In this document: positions 50,993 to 64,000 of the stretch, one piece after another
Layout of the letters: each line of letters starts with the position of its first letter
How positions within the stretch are numbered: position 1 is the first letter of the stretch
Source of the DNA: Octopus sinensis
Lineage: Eukaryota
NCBI RefSeq assembly: GCF_006345805.1
Contig: NC_043003.1
Location: 97,092,001-97,156,000, forward strand
Direction: 5' to 3'
DNA length: 64,000 nucleotides
Translations under genes and position numbers: made by a program
The notes under the pieces: model-generated
What the model saw: only the letters and a program-made list of their open reading frames with translations
Databases searched by the model: none
What the model was told of the DNA's origin: nothing

Positions 50993-52213
50993 AGAAGGTT
51001 TTACTCCAACATTACTTGTTATATTGTAAGTGTCTAAACATTATCTTTTAACTTTAGCTGAAATGCGATTTTTATCATGACAATAATTACACGAGAAGGA
51101 AACAGAAAAATTCTACCAGTTAGTTATACTGTGACATCATCGAACCCTGAAGCAACTAATAGTATTTTACAAAAGAGAATTCTGATTGAATGACATTCAC
51201 AGAAGAATCAAAAGCTTGAAAGACTTAAAGCATATCTAACACAGACCGACAACATTTTGGAATACTAACTGCAAATTCACAAGCTTGTTGATGAAGAAAA
51301 AATGTGTCGAAAAAATAAATAGCAGTAAATCCATCGCTTATACGTTTATAAGTTTATACGTTTAAACACTATACGACAATCACAAACAAATAGACAGAGA
51401 AATTGTAGTATGTCTAATCAAATACCTCTTTGAGTAGAATGATAATTAAAGTGTCTAAGAGTCAATACTAAAAGAAACAGTTTCATTGGTTAAGAAAAGA
51501 TAAGAAAAAGAACCAGTCAGATAACGTCCTTAGTGTTCGATGCTACGTACATCAAATGAAATTATATTGTTACAATTAACATTATTCAAACATATAAAAT
51601 ACATAATAGGAATTATAAATATATAAAATATACAAGCACTTACAAGCATTTACGTAATATACACACATTTTTACAAACAGCTGATAAAAATATTCATGCA
51701 CGAATAAAGATTTTCTTTAATACAGCACTTACGGATATAGACTTGCTTATATATATTATCTTCTGCTTTTAATTATTTCAAGTATTCTGGTAAAGGAACT
51801 GATCACTAACAAACTTAAAAAGCTCCATCGTTCGAATGTTCCAATTAGGAACTGTATATGTATCTACGTATGCATGCATGTATACATAAACAAATATCAT
51901 AAAAATATACATACATACGCAAATGTTATATATATATATATATTTAATTTTGAATTTAAAATAAGGGTGATAAATTAGATATTAATTTAATTAACATCGA
52001 TTTCACACCAGTGATCTAGCATTAAAAAAACTGAAGGTTCAGTAAAACTGTATTATATATTTATTAGAGGGAAAACACCATGTGAACACCCATATGCTAG
52101 AAATAGATCCGCTACGGTCTCACCACCAAGAAATGTTCTCAAGAAAAATTAAGCAAAACAACCAAAACGTAATCGAGCAAGACAAAAGAAAAAGTAATAA
52201 AAGTATGGATTAT

Positions 52214-52294
52214 TCGTATACATGTTTCACTATCAACAAATTACGCAATCTTACTTACGTAACTTACGTAATTGCCCGTAGATCATCGGTACGA
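52214..52294 (-). ncRNA. Type I HHR with U4C core and long stem II (left arm)
   Basis: Mirror of 52631-52711. Confidence 0.65.
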
Positions 52295-52630
52295 CCATCC
52301 AAGGTTAATATAATTTGCAGGACTGCATACTAGGACGTCCACACAAAGTCAGACTTGTAAAACAGTCCTACCCATTACACTCGTGGCTACTATTTAAAAT
52401 GTCCTCGTTTTGGCGCGCTAAATTACTGGGAAAAACTGATGCTGCAGATAATACTTTACTACAAATAATACTTTATCTGCAGCATCAGTTTTTGTCCGGT
52501 AAATTAGCGCGCCAAAACGAGGACATTTTAAATAGTAGCCACGAGTGTAATGGGTAGGACTGTTTTACAAGTCTGACTTTGTGTGGACGTCCTAGTATGC
52601 AGTCCTGCAAATTATATTCACCTTGGACGG

Positions 52631-52711
52631 TCGTACCGATGATCTACGGACAATTACGTAAGTTACGTAAGTAAGATTGCGTAATTTGTTGATAGTGAAA
52701 CATGTATACGA
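52631..52711 (+). ncRNA. Type I HHR with U4C core and long stem II (right arm)
   Basis: TCGTA CCGATGA T CTA...TAG T GAAA CATG TA TACGA; palindromic ACATGT stem III, GUA triplet. Confidence 0.65.
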
Positions 52712-52998
52712 ATAATCCATATTTTTATTACTTTTTCTTTTGTCTTGCTCGATTACGTTTTGGTTGTTTTGCTAATTTTTTCTTGAGAACATTTCTTGGT
52801 GGTGAGACCGTAGCGGATCTACTTCTAGCATATGGGTGTCCACATGGTGGTTTCCCTCTAACATATATATATATATAATATATATATATATATATTGATA
52901 AAAATGGTAAGACAACAAAAGAAAGAAAGAGACATCGATATTATGTAAATAGAGGAATTTATCTGTAAATGTAATATGTAGCAATTATTCGGTAGCCA

Positions 52999-53094
<96 letters not shown>

Positions 53095-53336
53095 TATATA
53101 TATATATATATACATATATATTAATATATGTAGATATAAATACATCTCTAGACAGAGATATATACATCTAGAGAGAGAGAGATACATAAATGCATAAAGA
53201 GAGCGACATAGATACGAACACTGAAGTGCGAGGAACGAATGAGAGAGGAGTATTTAATACATGAAAATATATTGCAGAAAACATGGTTTGTTAAAAGTCG
53301 AATCGCAAATACAAAGTTGGTTTCGTAAACAATATA

Positions 53337-53497
53337 TGCGCAGTCGTGGCTGTATGGTAAGAAGCTCCCTTCTCAATGACATGATTCCGGGTTCAGTCCC
53401 ACTGCGTTGCACCTTGAGTAAGTGTCTTCTGTTATAGTCTCGGGCCGACCAAAGCTTTGTGAGTGGATTTGGTAGACGGAAACTGAAAGATCCCGTC

Positions 53498-53543
<46 letters not shown>

Positions 53544-53558
53544 TATATATATTATATA

Positions 53559-53593
<35 letters not shown>

Positions 53594-53836
53594 TTGTATG
53601 TATGTATGTATATATCTATGTGTGTCTGTGTTTGCCCCTCGCCACCACTTGACAGCTGGTGTTAATGCGTTTACGTCTCTGTAACTTAGTGGTTTGGTAA
53701 AAGAGACTAATAGAATAAGTACTAGGCCCGACAGAATAAGTCCCGGGGTCGATTTGTTCGACTAAAACCCTTCAAGGCGGTGCCCCAGCATGGCAGCAGT
53801 TAAATGACTGAAACAAATAAAAGATAGATAAAAGAT
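53337..53836 (+). mobile_element. SINE family B
   Basis: Family match. Confidence 0.9.
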
Positions 53837-54521
53837 ATATATAATGTATGTATGTATGTATGTATGTATGTATGTATCAATGTATGTATGTGTGTGTATG
53901 TATGTATGTATGTATGTATGTGTGTGTGTGTGTGTGTGTATCTGTGTGTGTGCGTGCATACATATTGAGAATGTGTGTATACATATGTGTGTAGAGAGGG
54001 GAGGAGTAATGTTGCTGATGCACCACATTTTTACGTCGACAATCTCCGTTTAATCTTTCTAGACGGCTTACTCCTTCTCTTTCCCTGTCTCTCTCAATAT
54101 CTCGTTATCTCTCATTCACTATCTCTCTCACTCTCTCTCTCTTTCCCGTCTTCTCTCTGTCCCTCCCACTATCTCTCCCTCTCTTTTCTGTAACAAAGAA
54201 TAGAGATAGAGAGTGAGACATGAACAAGAAAACAGAGTTAGAAGGTAAGATTGTAATTTACGGTAGATCCCATTTAGGTGGAATTGCCATGCTTTTGTTT
54301 GTTTTTGTTGTTGTTGCTGTTTGCTTGGTTGTTTTTTTTCCCCATATAAAATCGTTTTCAGTTACGTAACCATCGCGCATTTATAGTGATTACAATTCAT
54401 TTAGAATCGGAAGAAAAGGTGTATTTTCCTTAATCAAATGCATTAAGTTAAATTAGATAACGATCTTTTTTTCTCTTTTATGATGGCATTCATTCATTGC
54501 ATATTGTTTAGAAACATTACA

Positions 54522-54845
54522 GTGAAGGCGCGTGGCTTTGTGGTTAAAGATATTCGGCTCACAGTAGTAAAGTTCTGAGCTCGATTCCTGGCGGCATGTT
54601 GTGTCCTTGAGCAAAACACTTTATTTCACTTTGCTCCAGTCTACTCAGCTGGCAAAAATTAATTGTACCTGTAATTGAAAGGACCAGCTTCGTCACATTT
54701 TATGTCAGGTTGAATCTCCCTCAAAACTACATTAAAAGTGCACGTTTCTATGGAGTGCTCAACCACTTGCAGTTTAATTTCACGAGTAGGTTGTCCTATT
54801 AAACGGATCTACTGGAACCCTCTTTACCGTAACCGACGAAGAGCC
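54522..54845 (+). mobile_element. SINE related to family C
   Basis: GAAGGCGCGTGG head, TGTGTCCTTGAGCAAAACACTT core; GAAACATTA flanking repeat. Confidence 0.75.
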
Positions 54846-54931
54846 AAAAGGAAAGAAACATTATATCTTCTTTTTTATTAAGATTCTAAATACAGGTTTA
54901 AATACTTTAAAATATAACTATAATATACATA

Positions 54932-55234
54932 TTGTTTGTTCCTTCTCGAGCCACGCCTGGCTCATAGGGCCCGTTTCCCGGTTTCCTTGGCATATAGGTT
55001 CTCCACCTGGACGGGACGCCAGCCCGTCGCAAGTGAGCTGGAAGATGCTGGAGGAAAGAGTGAGAGAAAGTTGTGCAGAAACAGTCAGCAGAAGTTCGCC
55101 ATTACCTTCTACTGGAGCCGCGTGGAGCTTAGGTGTTTCGCTCATAAACACACATATCGCCCGGCCTGAGATTCGAACCCGCGATCCCTCGACCGCGAGT
55201 CTGCTGTGCTAACCACTAGGCCATGTGCCTCCAC
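54932..55234 (-). mobile_element. SINE family D
   Basis: Homologous to 7813-8112; TAATATACATAT flanking repeat. Confidence 0.9.
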
Positions 55235-55679
55235 ATAATATACATATAAGGAGTCTAAAATCGGTCAATATAAAGACCTTCAGCCAGGAACAAAAAAAAA
55301 AAATTAACCAGCCTGGGAGATGTATGGAAAACGAATATGAAAAAAATTCGCGCTGACGACCCTGGGGGATGGGGAGGGGACTTTCAGAAAATTCACAAGA
55401 TTCGATTTTTCCGTCATAACTTCAGGTAAAATGGATATATATATATATTTATTTATTTACTCTTACGGAATCCCACGTTTTTGGTTATGGAGTATCCGAT
55501 TCTCAAAAAAAAAATTTTTCAAAAATCCTATTTTCAAAATTTCAATTCCCCCACCTCGCTTCACTTTTCACTTTTTCCGGAAATTTTTTTTTTTTTTTCG
55601 AAACGCAGAAAACTACGATTACGATTTTGAAAAAACTTTGTAAAATTTCAATTTTTCAACAAGAAAAAATAAAGAGAAT

Positions 55680-57050
55680 ATATACCTTGAGGCCTTCAAG
55701 CAGGCGATCCACATGCTATAAATAACAGTAAAATCTCACAAAACTGCGATAACATAATGAAATTTTGAAAATTCATTACAAAAGAACTCATAATAGAAGG
55801 ACTAAGATTTATCCTAGAAAACAATTATTTTATATTTAACAATGACCACTTCCGTCAAAAATCGAGGAATGCAATGGGAACACGGACTGCACCTTCATTT
55901 GCGAACCTGGTAATGGGCTATCTCGAGATTAAACTATACCAGAGAACACTCGAGAAATACGGAAACTCTTTTTCCACCTACGTTCAAAACAACTGGAAAA
56001 TTTATCTCTTCATCCTCTGGAATGAAAGTATAAAAAAAAATCGACGAATTCCAAACACTTCTCAATGAAATAAATGAAAACCTCCAATTTTGCGATAGAG
56101 TACAACCAGGAGCAACTACCGTTTTTAGATATCCTTAAGAAAGTCGGGAACAAAATAGAGACAGATATCTGTTATAAACCCTCTGACTCGAAACAGTACC
56201 TGCCATTTGATTCTTGCCACCCGAGACCCACCAGGATGAATATCCCATTTTGTTTAGCCAAAAGAACATGCACAATAGTATCAAACGCAAACACTTGTTA
56301 CACACGAATCCAGGAATTGAAAACGACACTCATCAATAGGAATTACCCACAACACTTAATCAACAATACGATCCAACGAGTACTTAAATTAAATACACAA
56401 GAAATTAGACAACCAAAACCAACCAAGGAAGAAAAATTGAAAACCCTGCCTTACATTTCCACACACAACCCACATAACAACGAGGCCTTCAACACCATAT
56501 TCCACAGCACAGCTCTACTCAAGACAGACCCAAAGATGAATCAAATCCTCAAAACACACACAATCATCAAAAGTAAGAGATAACCAAAATCAATGAAAAA
56601 GATTTTAACCCAGACCAAATTGCCCTCAACAGTAACCACTAAGCCGGCAGTAAAAAAATGCGGGAGACTCACTGTGGGATTTGTATCAACATAATAGAAG
56701 GATCAGAACACCGATTAGAACAAGGCCATAATTTCACCATAAAATTCACATGTGCATCGGAGAACTTGATTTACTTAATTACATGCTCGGGATGTAAACG
56801 GCAATATATTGGACACACAAAAAACAGCCTACGTCAGAGGATGGCGGTGTGCAAATCTCAAATTAGAATTCCGAAATACAGGAAAATACCTCTAAGCCAG
56901 CACATCGATGAATGTGATTCCATCAAATTTCCCAAATTCACAACGTTTCCACTATACAAATTCAAAGACAATGCTAGCCAAAATGAATGCATTAGCAGGG
57001 AAATGCATTTCATGAGAAAATATCGATCGAGTCTAAATTCTCTAAACTAG
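55680..57050 (+). pseudogene. Penelope-like retroelement ORF remnant (RT 3' part, thumb, GIY-YIG endonuclease)
   Basis: GLRFILENNYF..AMGTRTAPSFANLVMGYLE; LPFLDI; YKPSDSKQYLPFDSCHP; NLIYLITCSGCKRQYIGHT; frameshifts and stops. Confidence 0.92.
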
Positions 57051-57167
57051 CAACACTGGGATTTTTTAGATGTATGTGAATGCATATGTATGTATGTGTG
57101 TATGTGTGTATTTATGCATGTGTATATATATATATATGTGTGTATATATATGTATATGGGTATATAT

Positions 57168-57233
<66 letters not shown>

Positions 57234-57484
57234 ATATTAGAGATAAAACCACTATTATGCAACTCAAACAATGATAGACATAAATAACAAGTAATATATA
57301 ATAATTAATTTTTTTCCAAAGGTATAAAATGAATGATAAATATAATACAATAAGTAATAAGTAATATATACACATCCACACACATACCCATGCATATATA
57401 TACATATATATATATGTATATATATGCATGGGTATGTGTGTGTATGTGTATATATTTGTAAATATATATGGGTATGTTTGTGTG

Positions 57485-57523
<39 letters not shown>

Positions 57524-57639
57524 TGGTGTATGTACATGCATGTGTGTGTATGTGTGTATATGTTTATGCATATATATGAGTGTATGTATGTATCTATGTA
57601 TGTCTATGTGTATATATATGTATATGTGTATACAGGTGA

Positions 57640-57704
<65 letters not shown>

Positions 57705-58121
57705 TAAAGAAAATGGTTCGAAAAACCCGATTTCTATTAAAACCACAGGGAGAACATCTTTACTACGACGACTATTAATATTACTGATGCTAGTTATTCG
57801 ACGGCTATAGCTACTCCTAAGAAAACAAGTCTTGACTACACTATTCAATTTACAGAGACAGATAGTAGTAATTTACGGTCAGAGTCAGTTGAACTCATCA
57901 TGCTAACAGAACCAAAGGATATTATCACTTTTTCTTGCAGGAAAAAGGAAAATAAACTATGAATTTTAATCTTAATTTTAATTTCAATTTAATTTTTTAA
58001 TAGTTCTTTTCTCTTTACATATTCCATTTTAGTACATATTTTTGATAGGGTTTTTCAAAAACCGAAACATGTAAAAGGAAAATTTACCCAATTTTAAGAA
58101 AGTAGCATTTTCGTTCTTGTT

Positions 58122-58190
<69 letters not shown>

Positions 58191-58639
58191 CATGTATACA
58201 TACACACGCATATACACATATCTTTATATCAAGTATATATACATTATGTATGTGTAATTCACAACTTCACTTATCATTGATTGTATTTACCTTAGTTTGT
58301 CACTCGTTGCAATATTCTTGCTACCCCTATCATATACTCTTTCCTATTGCAATTCGGAAAATGGTTAAATTTTTGTTGATGAGAAGTGCACAAGCTAATG
58401 AGAATGTTAATGATTTCATTTAAATCTGTTATGGCCGTGTCACTGATTAATTTTTCTGTGTTTTCTTGCATCACTATGAGCCAAATTTTTTTACAAGTGA
58501 ATTCCAAACCATACTTATTGAAAGAATACAAAGTCTTCTTATATAAGGTAATTCATCTTTAGAAGCAGTAAACAAAAAAAAACGCCGTCTGCAAATCTTT
58601 GACTATTAATCTTGCACCAATTTTCTCTGTGCTTTAAAA

Positions 58640-58920
58640 ATCCTCTTGGGCGTCTGTCATGATTTGCTCAGGAAATAGATTGAAATACCTTGGAGATATT
58701 GAGCAGCTCCTATGTTTTTTTCAAACAATTGCATTGTTGTTTAGAACAGCATGCGACCTTTTCTCACAAACATTTCGTACTCTTCCAATTAGAGTCACTT
58801 GTACGTCTTCAGGAAATTCTCATGTTAATTCTCTCTTACATGTCAAATGCTTTTTTGAAAATCAACAAATATACACAGACTGTTTAAAATATGATCTAAA
58901 AATGAATTATATTAAAGTAC
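58640..58920 (-). mobile_element. Possible decayed LINE RT fragment
   Basis: CVYLLIFKKAFDM resembles the RT FxDxxKAFD motif. Confidence 0.35.
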
Positions 58921-59378
58921 AATTTTCTAAAAAAACATGCAGTTGATAGGGAACCATGGATGGAAATATATACACGGTGCGTTCACGATTATTTAAGATA
59001 ATCGCATAAAACACACAAAAATAGAATTAAGATTCGATTCTAACAAACAACATACATATAAATAACTTCTTATAACCGAGGTTACCTTTTAAGGCTGGTG
59101 TAGTTCGCCACGTCATTCACGTTTATATGAAACAAAGCAAATTAATAATAGATCATCGCTACCAGAAAGAAAATATTTCTGCTAATCATGTAACAAACGT
59201 TGTTTTTCCAATAGTCGTTTGACAAGACATATCTGGACACAATACCAATGATTCTGCGTTGCATTTAGTTGAAAAGAAACTTCTACCTAATAGCCGTGTT
59301 AAAAGCTGTAAATAATCAACTTGGCGGAATAAAAGCATCTTTACTTTGAGCACATTAATAAACAATGGCCATACTTAC

Positions 59379-59413
59379 CATTGAACTGAACATATATATG
59401 AATGAATGGATGA
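59379..59413 (-). other. Candidate small exon (35 nt; 7-nt alternative)
   Basis: CTAACTTCCGTTCTTTAG|...TTCAATG|GTAAGTAT on minus. Confidence 0.25.
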
Positions 59414-59999
59414 CTAAAGAACGGAAGTTAGGTAATCACTTTCGTTAGCTTACAACTGTTTCTGCCATAAATAACCGTGTACTAGAGCTGAGTGTCAGTA
59501 CGACATATTATACTTTCCCAGTACATACTTGCATATTTGAAACTCTTTAATACTCTCACTATGGTTAAGGGAAATCATATGTATATGTATATATGTATGT
59601 ATATTTGTGTGTGTGTATATGCACATGTATGTGTATGCACATGTGTGTATTCATTTTAAAACAAATGAAATTAATTAGTACTCAATGCATAATCTAGAAG
59701 TATTTATAATAACAGCAGTGAAAGAACTGGGTTTTCACACTTGTTTACTCCGAGTAAAGAAAGACTGTTGTCTACAGGTATTTTGATGCAAGACTCCGTA
59801 ACATGAATGAAATTATGGGTCCGTTATTGAGCAACCTTGTTCCAATGTCAACAAAATGGCTTCCTAGTGTGCATTGCATATTATTTATACAATGCCCCCC
59901 GTTCTCTAGAATTTTATTTACTTTTTCATCTTACATTTATTTACTTTCTCATGTTACATTTATCTTTCATAGCTATTACTCTTTTATAATCAAGGCTGC

Positions 60000-60205
60000 A
60001 AACGGAAAGAATTGTTAACACGCCGGACAAAATACTTAGCGACATGTCATCTGTTTTTACAATCCGAGTTCAAACCCACCGAAATCAACTTTGCTTTTCT
60101 TCCTTTCAGAGTAGATGAAATAAGTACCAGTTGAGTACTAGGGTTGGTTTAATCGACTTAGTCCCTTCACAAAATTCCAGGTCTCTTGTGCCTATAGTAA
60201 AAAGG
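60000..60205 (+). mobile_element. SINE family A, diverged
   Basis: Family match. Confidence 0.7.
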
Positions 60206-60305
60206 TTTAGCTTCATTATAATTGTTATTTTTACAATGAATTCATTATCTCAACTTTCTCATTTTCTATACGATCTCCTTTGTTTTCAGTTGTTTTATCT
60301 ATATA

Positions 60306-61120
60306 TGTGATCCGATCAATAAGTATCCGGACTGGCACTATAGTAACAAAGCTAAAGCACGCAGAGTAATGCCGCTTGGCACAGACTGACCTTGAATTCT
60401 GCTGTGCAAGCGCATCTTCCGTGTGTTTACAGCAGTGCTTGGGAGGAAGGCGTGTAGCGTGTGATCTTCGCATTGAGTATGGCAGAGAAAGTTGGGCAGA
60501 GAATCTGCATCAAATTTTGCCAAATGTTTTCAAACAGTTTTCATCATTCTCGACACAATCAAGGAAATCTTGTGCAACTGAAACTTCAGTGTCTCTTTGT
60601 TCAGCTGAAAGCAGTGCTGACACAAACTTGGCATACACGCGTCTCGTACTTAAATCTTCACTGGTAATGGACTGGACTGAACTAAACCATAACTGATCTG
60701 CACATCATCTGATAACTCGCGGATGCTGATTTGACGATTTATCCTCACAATGGTACGGGTCTCCCAGAACGTTCGTCAATTCCGACATTTATTCGGCCAT
60801 CTTGGAAACGTCTGACCCACTCATACACTTGTGTGCGGTTCATACACTCCTCTCCATACACTTTCTGCAATTCAACTTTGTCTAGGCTTCTTGAGCAGGT
60901 ATCGCCGTGAAAACTTTCTCTGTTATGGTCATTGCGACGATGACACGCTACACACCTTCCTGCCAAGCACTGCTGTAAACAGCGGAAGCGAGCTACAACG
61001 TTACAACTTAGTGCGCGTGCACAGCTGACTTGAAGGTCAATCTTTGTCAAGCAGCTTTACTCTGCATGCTTTACCTTCGTTACTATGACAACCGTCCGGA
61101 TACTTATTGATCGGACTTTG
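60306..61120 (-). mobile_element. Mariner-derived non-autonomous element built from two left ends
   Basis: TIRs GATCCGATCAATAAGTATCCGGAC at both ends, TA flanks; minus reads VYGEECMNRTQVYEWVRRFQDGR..DERSGRP..RRVYAKFV; plus reads MAEKVGQRICIKFC. Confidence 0.85.
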
Positions 61121-61298
61121 TATTTATAAATATGCATTTCTTAAATCTTTGTTTACTAATTCTTTCTCTTTATTTTATTTATTCATTTTTTCATTTATAC
61201 CCTCTCAAAATCTTTATTGTGTTTCTCTGTGTGCATGTATGTACAAATTCACACACACACAAACGTACACACACACGCATACACACACACACACACAC

Positions 61299-61375
<77 letters not shown>

Positions 61376-61465
61376 AACATACATATATATACACATATTT
61401 ATATACATATATATGTATATACATATATATATACATATACACACAGATATATATTATATGCATGC

Positions 61466-61504
<39 letters not shown>

Positions 61505-61851
61505 TTTAGCCTCATTTTTACTGAAACTTCCCCTCCCTCTTCGTCTAAACTTTTTGCCCTTTGAATCGCTTACCTCCATTTACTTATCAACACGCAGCGC
61601 CTCAGTCTCCTTTCTAACTTTATCAAACCCAAATATACCGGTTACGTTAACTCAACACCACTTATAAAGATATACAGTGCTTCTCCAATGTCTCAAGTGG
61701 CTGCCTTTCTATTTTAAGTTTTCTATTCTACCACTAAATAACTCCCCCACCCCCTTTGTTTTAATCAGTTATACCTCTTTTCCTCTTACAGTACATATAG
61801 CACCGCAGAAACTTACATGCATACGAACATGCAGATATACATACATACACG

Positions 61852-61884
<33 letters not shown>

Positions 61885-61909
61885 GTACGTACGTATGTAT
61901 CTATGTATG

Positions 61910-62584
61910 TCGGAAGGATAACCCCGAGGCCAAAGAAATAAGAACCTACAGTATGGTAGAAGCCATAGTCACTCATAATAAAAAAAAGTGTACTGGTGGA
62001 ATGTCCCAGTGAAAACCTCAATAAAATGTAAACATAATAGGCCTGACATAGTAATTTGGGTCACAGAATAGAAACTGTGTACAGTTGTGAAAATCAGCTG
62101 CCCGGTGAATGTTAACATAAAGATAAAGATAAGCGAAAAAGAAAATATCTACCCTGAATTATTGAAGAATCTAAAGCTACTTTACCCAGATTACGAGTTC
62201 AGGTTTATACCTGTAATTATTGGAGTCATGGGATAAATACCAATCTTGAGAAATACCACTGCCTAAATACCAATCTTGAGAAATTAGGCTTCTCAGAACC
62301 AGAACGGAGAAAGTTGATTCGAAGACTACAGATCCAGTGGAACTGTAAAAGTCTGTAAAACTTTCCAGAAGTTTATCATTTAAGTATATATGAGCATGCC
62401 TAAACATGAAACTACATACATGAGAATACATGCATAAAGCAAAAATAGAATTCTGCACGTATACATACATACATACATACATACATACAAAAATACTTTG
62501 TTGATGTTCTTGAAATTCCAATGAAAGAGCTTTGGATCTGGGTTTGAAACCGGCTCTTTATCTATTGGTAAAATCACTTGAAAT

Positions 62585-62585
<1 letters not shown>
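61910..62585 (+). mobile_element. REL-endonuclease LINE 3' remnant
   Basis: YWWNVPVKTSIKCKHNRPDIVIW..KLCTVVKISCP. Confidence 0.8.
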
Positions 62586-63227
<642 letters not shown>

Positions 63228-63588
63228 CAGCCCCAACAAAGACCCTACACTCTTTTGCACAAATGCGGTAACGATGGGCACCTCTTACAGCAAGTATTCT
63301 GAGAATTATCACCCATGCTTGCACATGCATTCATTTCATCGTGGAATTTTTTATGGAGCGTTTTTCTTTTCTTTCTTTTTTCGGCTACGGAAGCCATTTC
63401 ATACAATATTTAATAGAGATGTTCAAAATCAAGCGAAGTTTGAGTCTGAAGCTTTTTTTAAAGTGAGTAAAGGACTAGAAAAGAAGCAATCTCATCCTCT
63501 AAACAACGTATATGTAAATATATATGTATATTTCACTTCATATATTATATATATATATTTATTTAAGCAGCAGAAAATTCAACAAAAT

Positions 63589-63626
63589 CTGTTACTCTGA
63601 GTTTCTCGTTGCCGTTCATCAGACAG
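63589..63626 (-). ncRNA. Type I HHR (left arm)
   Basis: Mirror of 63643-63680. Confidence 0.72.
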
Positions 63627-63642
63627 TTTTTGCTAGCAAAAA

Positions 63643-63680
63643 CTGTCTGATGAACGGCAACGAGAAACTCAGAGTAACAG
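63643..63680 (+). ncRNA. Type I HHR (right arm)
   Basis: CTGT CTGATGA A CG GCAA CG A GAAA CTC A GAG TA ACAG; GUA triplet. Confidence 0.72.
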
Positions 63681-64000
63681 ATTTGTTGAATTTTCTGCTG
63701 CTTAAAATAAAGCATATTACTCTACCACTGGTATTTGAGTACTCTTTTTTCCACCTTGTTTCACATTTATGTGTTTACTCCGGTATATATATATATAGAT
63801 ATATATATTATTTATATTAAATCTTATATTATTTATATTTTTAAATTACATATATTTACTTTTTTAAAAAGTTTTTGTCATGTATGTATGAGATGCTCCG
63901 CGCCGGCCACTGGAATATTTAATCACTCTATGGAGCGTTTGAGTGTCGGTTTGGTATCTGACACAGGATAGCCTACCTCATGGGCAGGTAGAAGCTCTTT

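Larger units (their letters stand above)
52065..52860. repeat. About 800-bp near-perfect palindrome (arms about 385 bp, spacer about 21 nt)
   Basis: Arms are reverse complements with few mismatches; centre at 52452-52472. Confidence 0.97.
63558..63785 (+). mobile_element. pLTR-like element beginning with a 154-bp palindrome (63558-63711)
   Basis: Centre CTAG at 63633-63636; arms differ only by two homopolymer indels; homologous to 559-761. Confidence 0.9.

Noticed and set aside
58765-58820. Minus-strand CTGAAGA-CGTAC...GTAC-GAAA
   Set aside because: No UH cleavage site or stem I in register; it lies within a probable RT remnant.

Overview
Eukaryotic, AT-rich, essentially non-coding genomic DNA. 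The SINE families and the (AT)n/(CA)n/(CATA)n/(GATA)n load look like Octopus or another coleoid cephalopod; this assignment is from recall, not a search. There is no intact protein-coding gene, and most ORFs in the supplied track are microsatellite artefacts. The window is a mosaic of four or more tRNA-derived SINE families, decayed LINE fragments (RTE, CR1-like, Tx1/L1-like, REL-endonuclease R4/Dong-like), Tc1/mariner/pogo remnants, a piggyBac-type MITE and Penelope-like (GIY-YIG) retroelement remnants. The most striking unexplained layer is a dense set of type I hammerhead ribozyme (HHR) motifs: about 20 intact-to-degenerate motifs from several unrelated short-repeat families. Many occur as back-to-back pairs inside long palindromes (126 to about 800 bp), so one ribozyme lies on each strand pointing away from the palindrome centre. 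One family couples a tRNA-like Pol III head to an HHR. Several cores carry recurrent non-canonical features (U.U at the base of stem II, U4C, U3/A8, an extra A after A9). Three small minus-strand segments with strong splice signals could be exons of a host gene with very long introns (low confidence). All RNA folds were made by eye and no activity is demonstrated.
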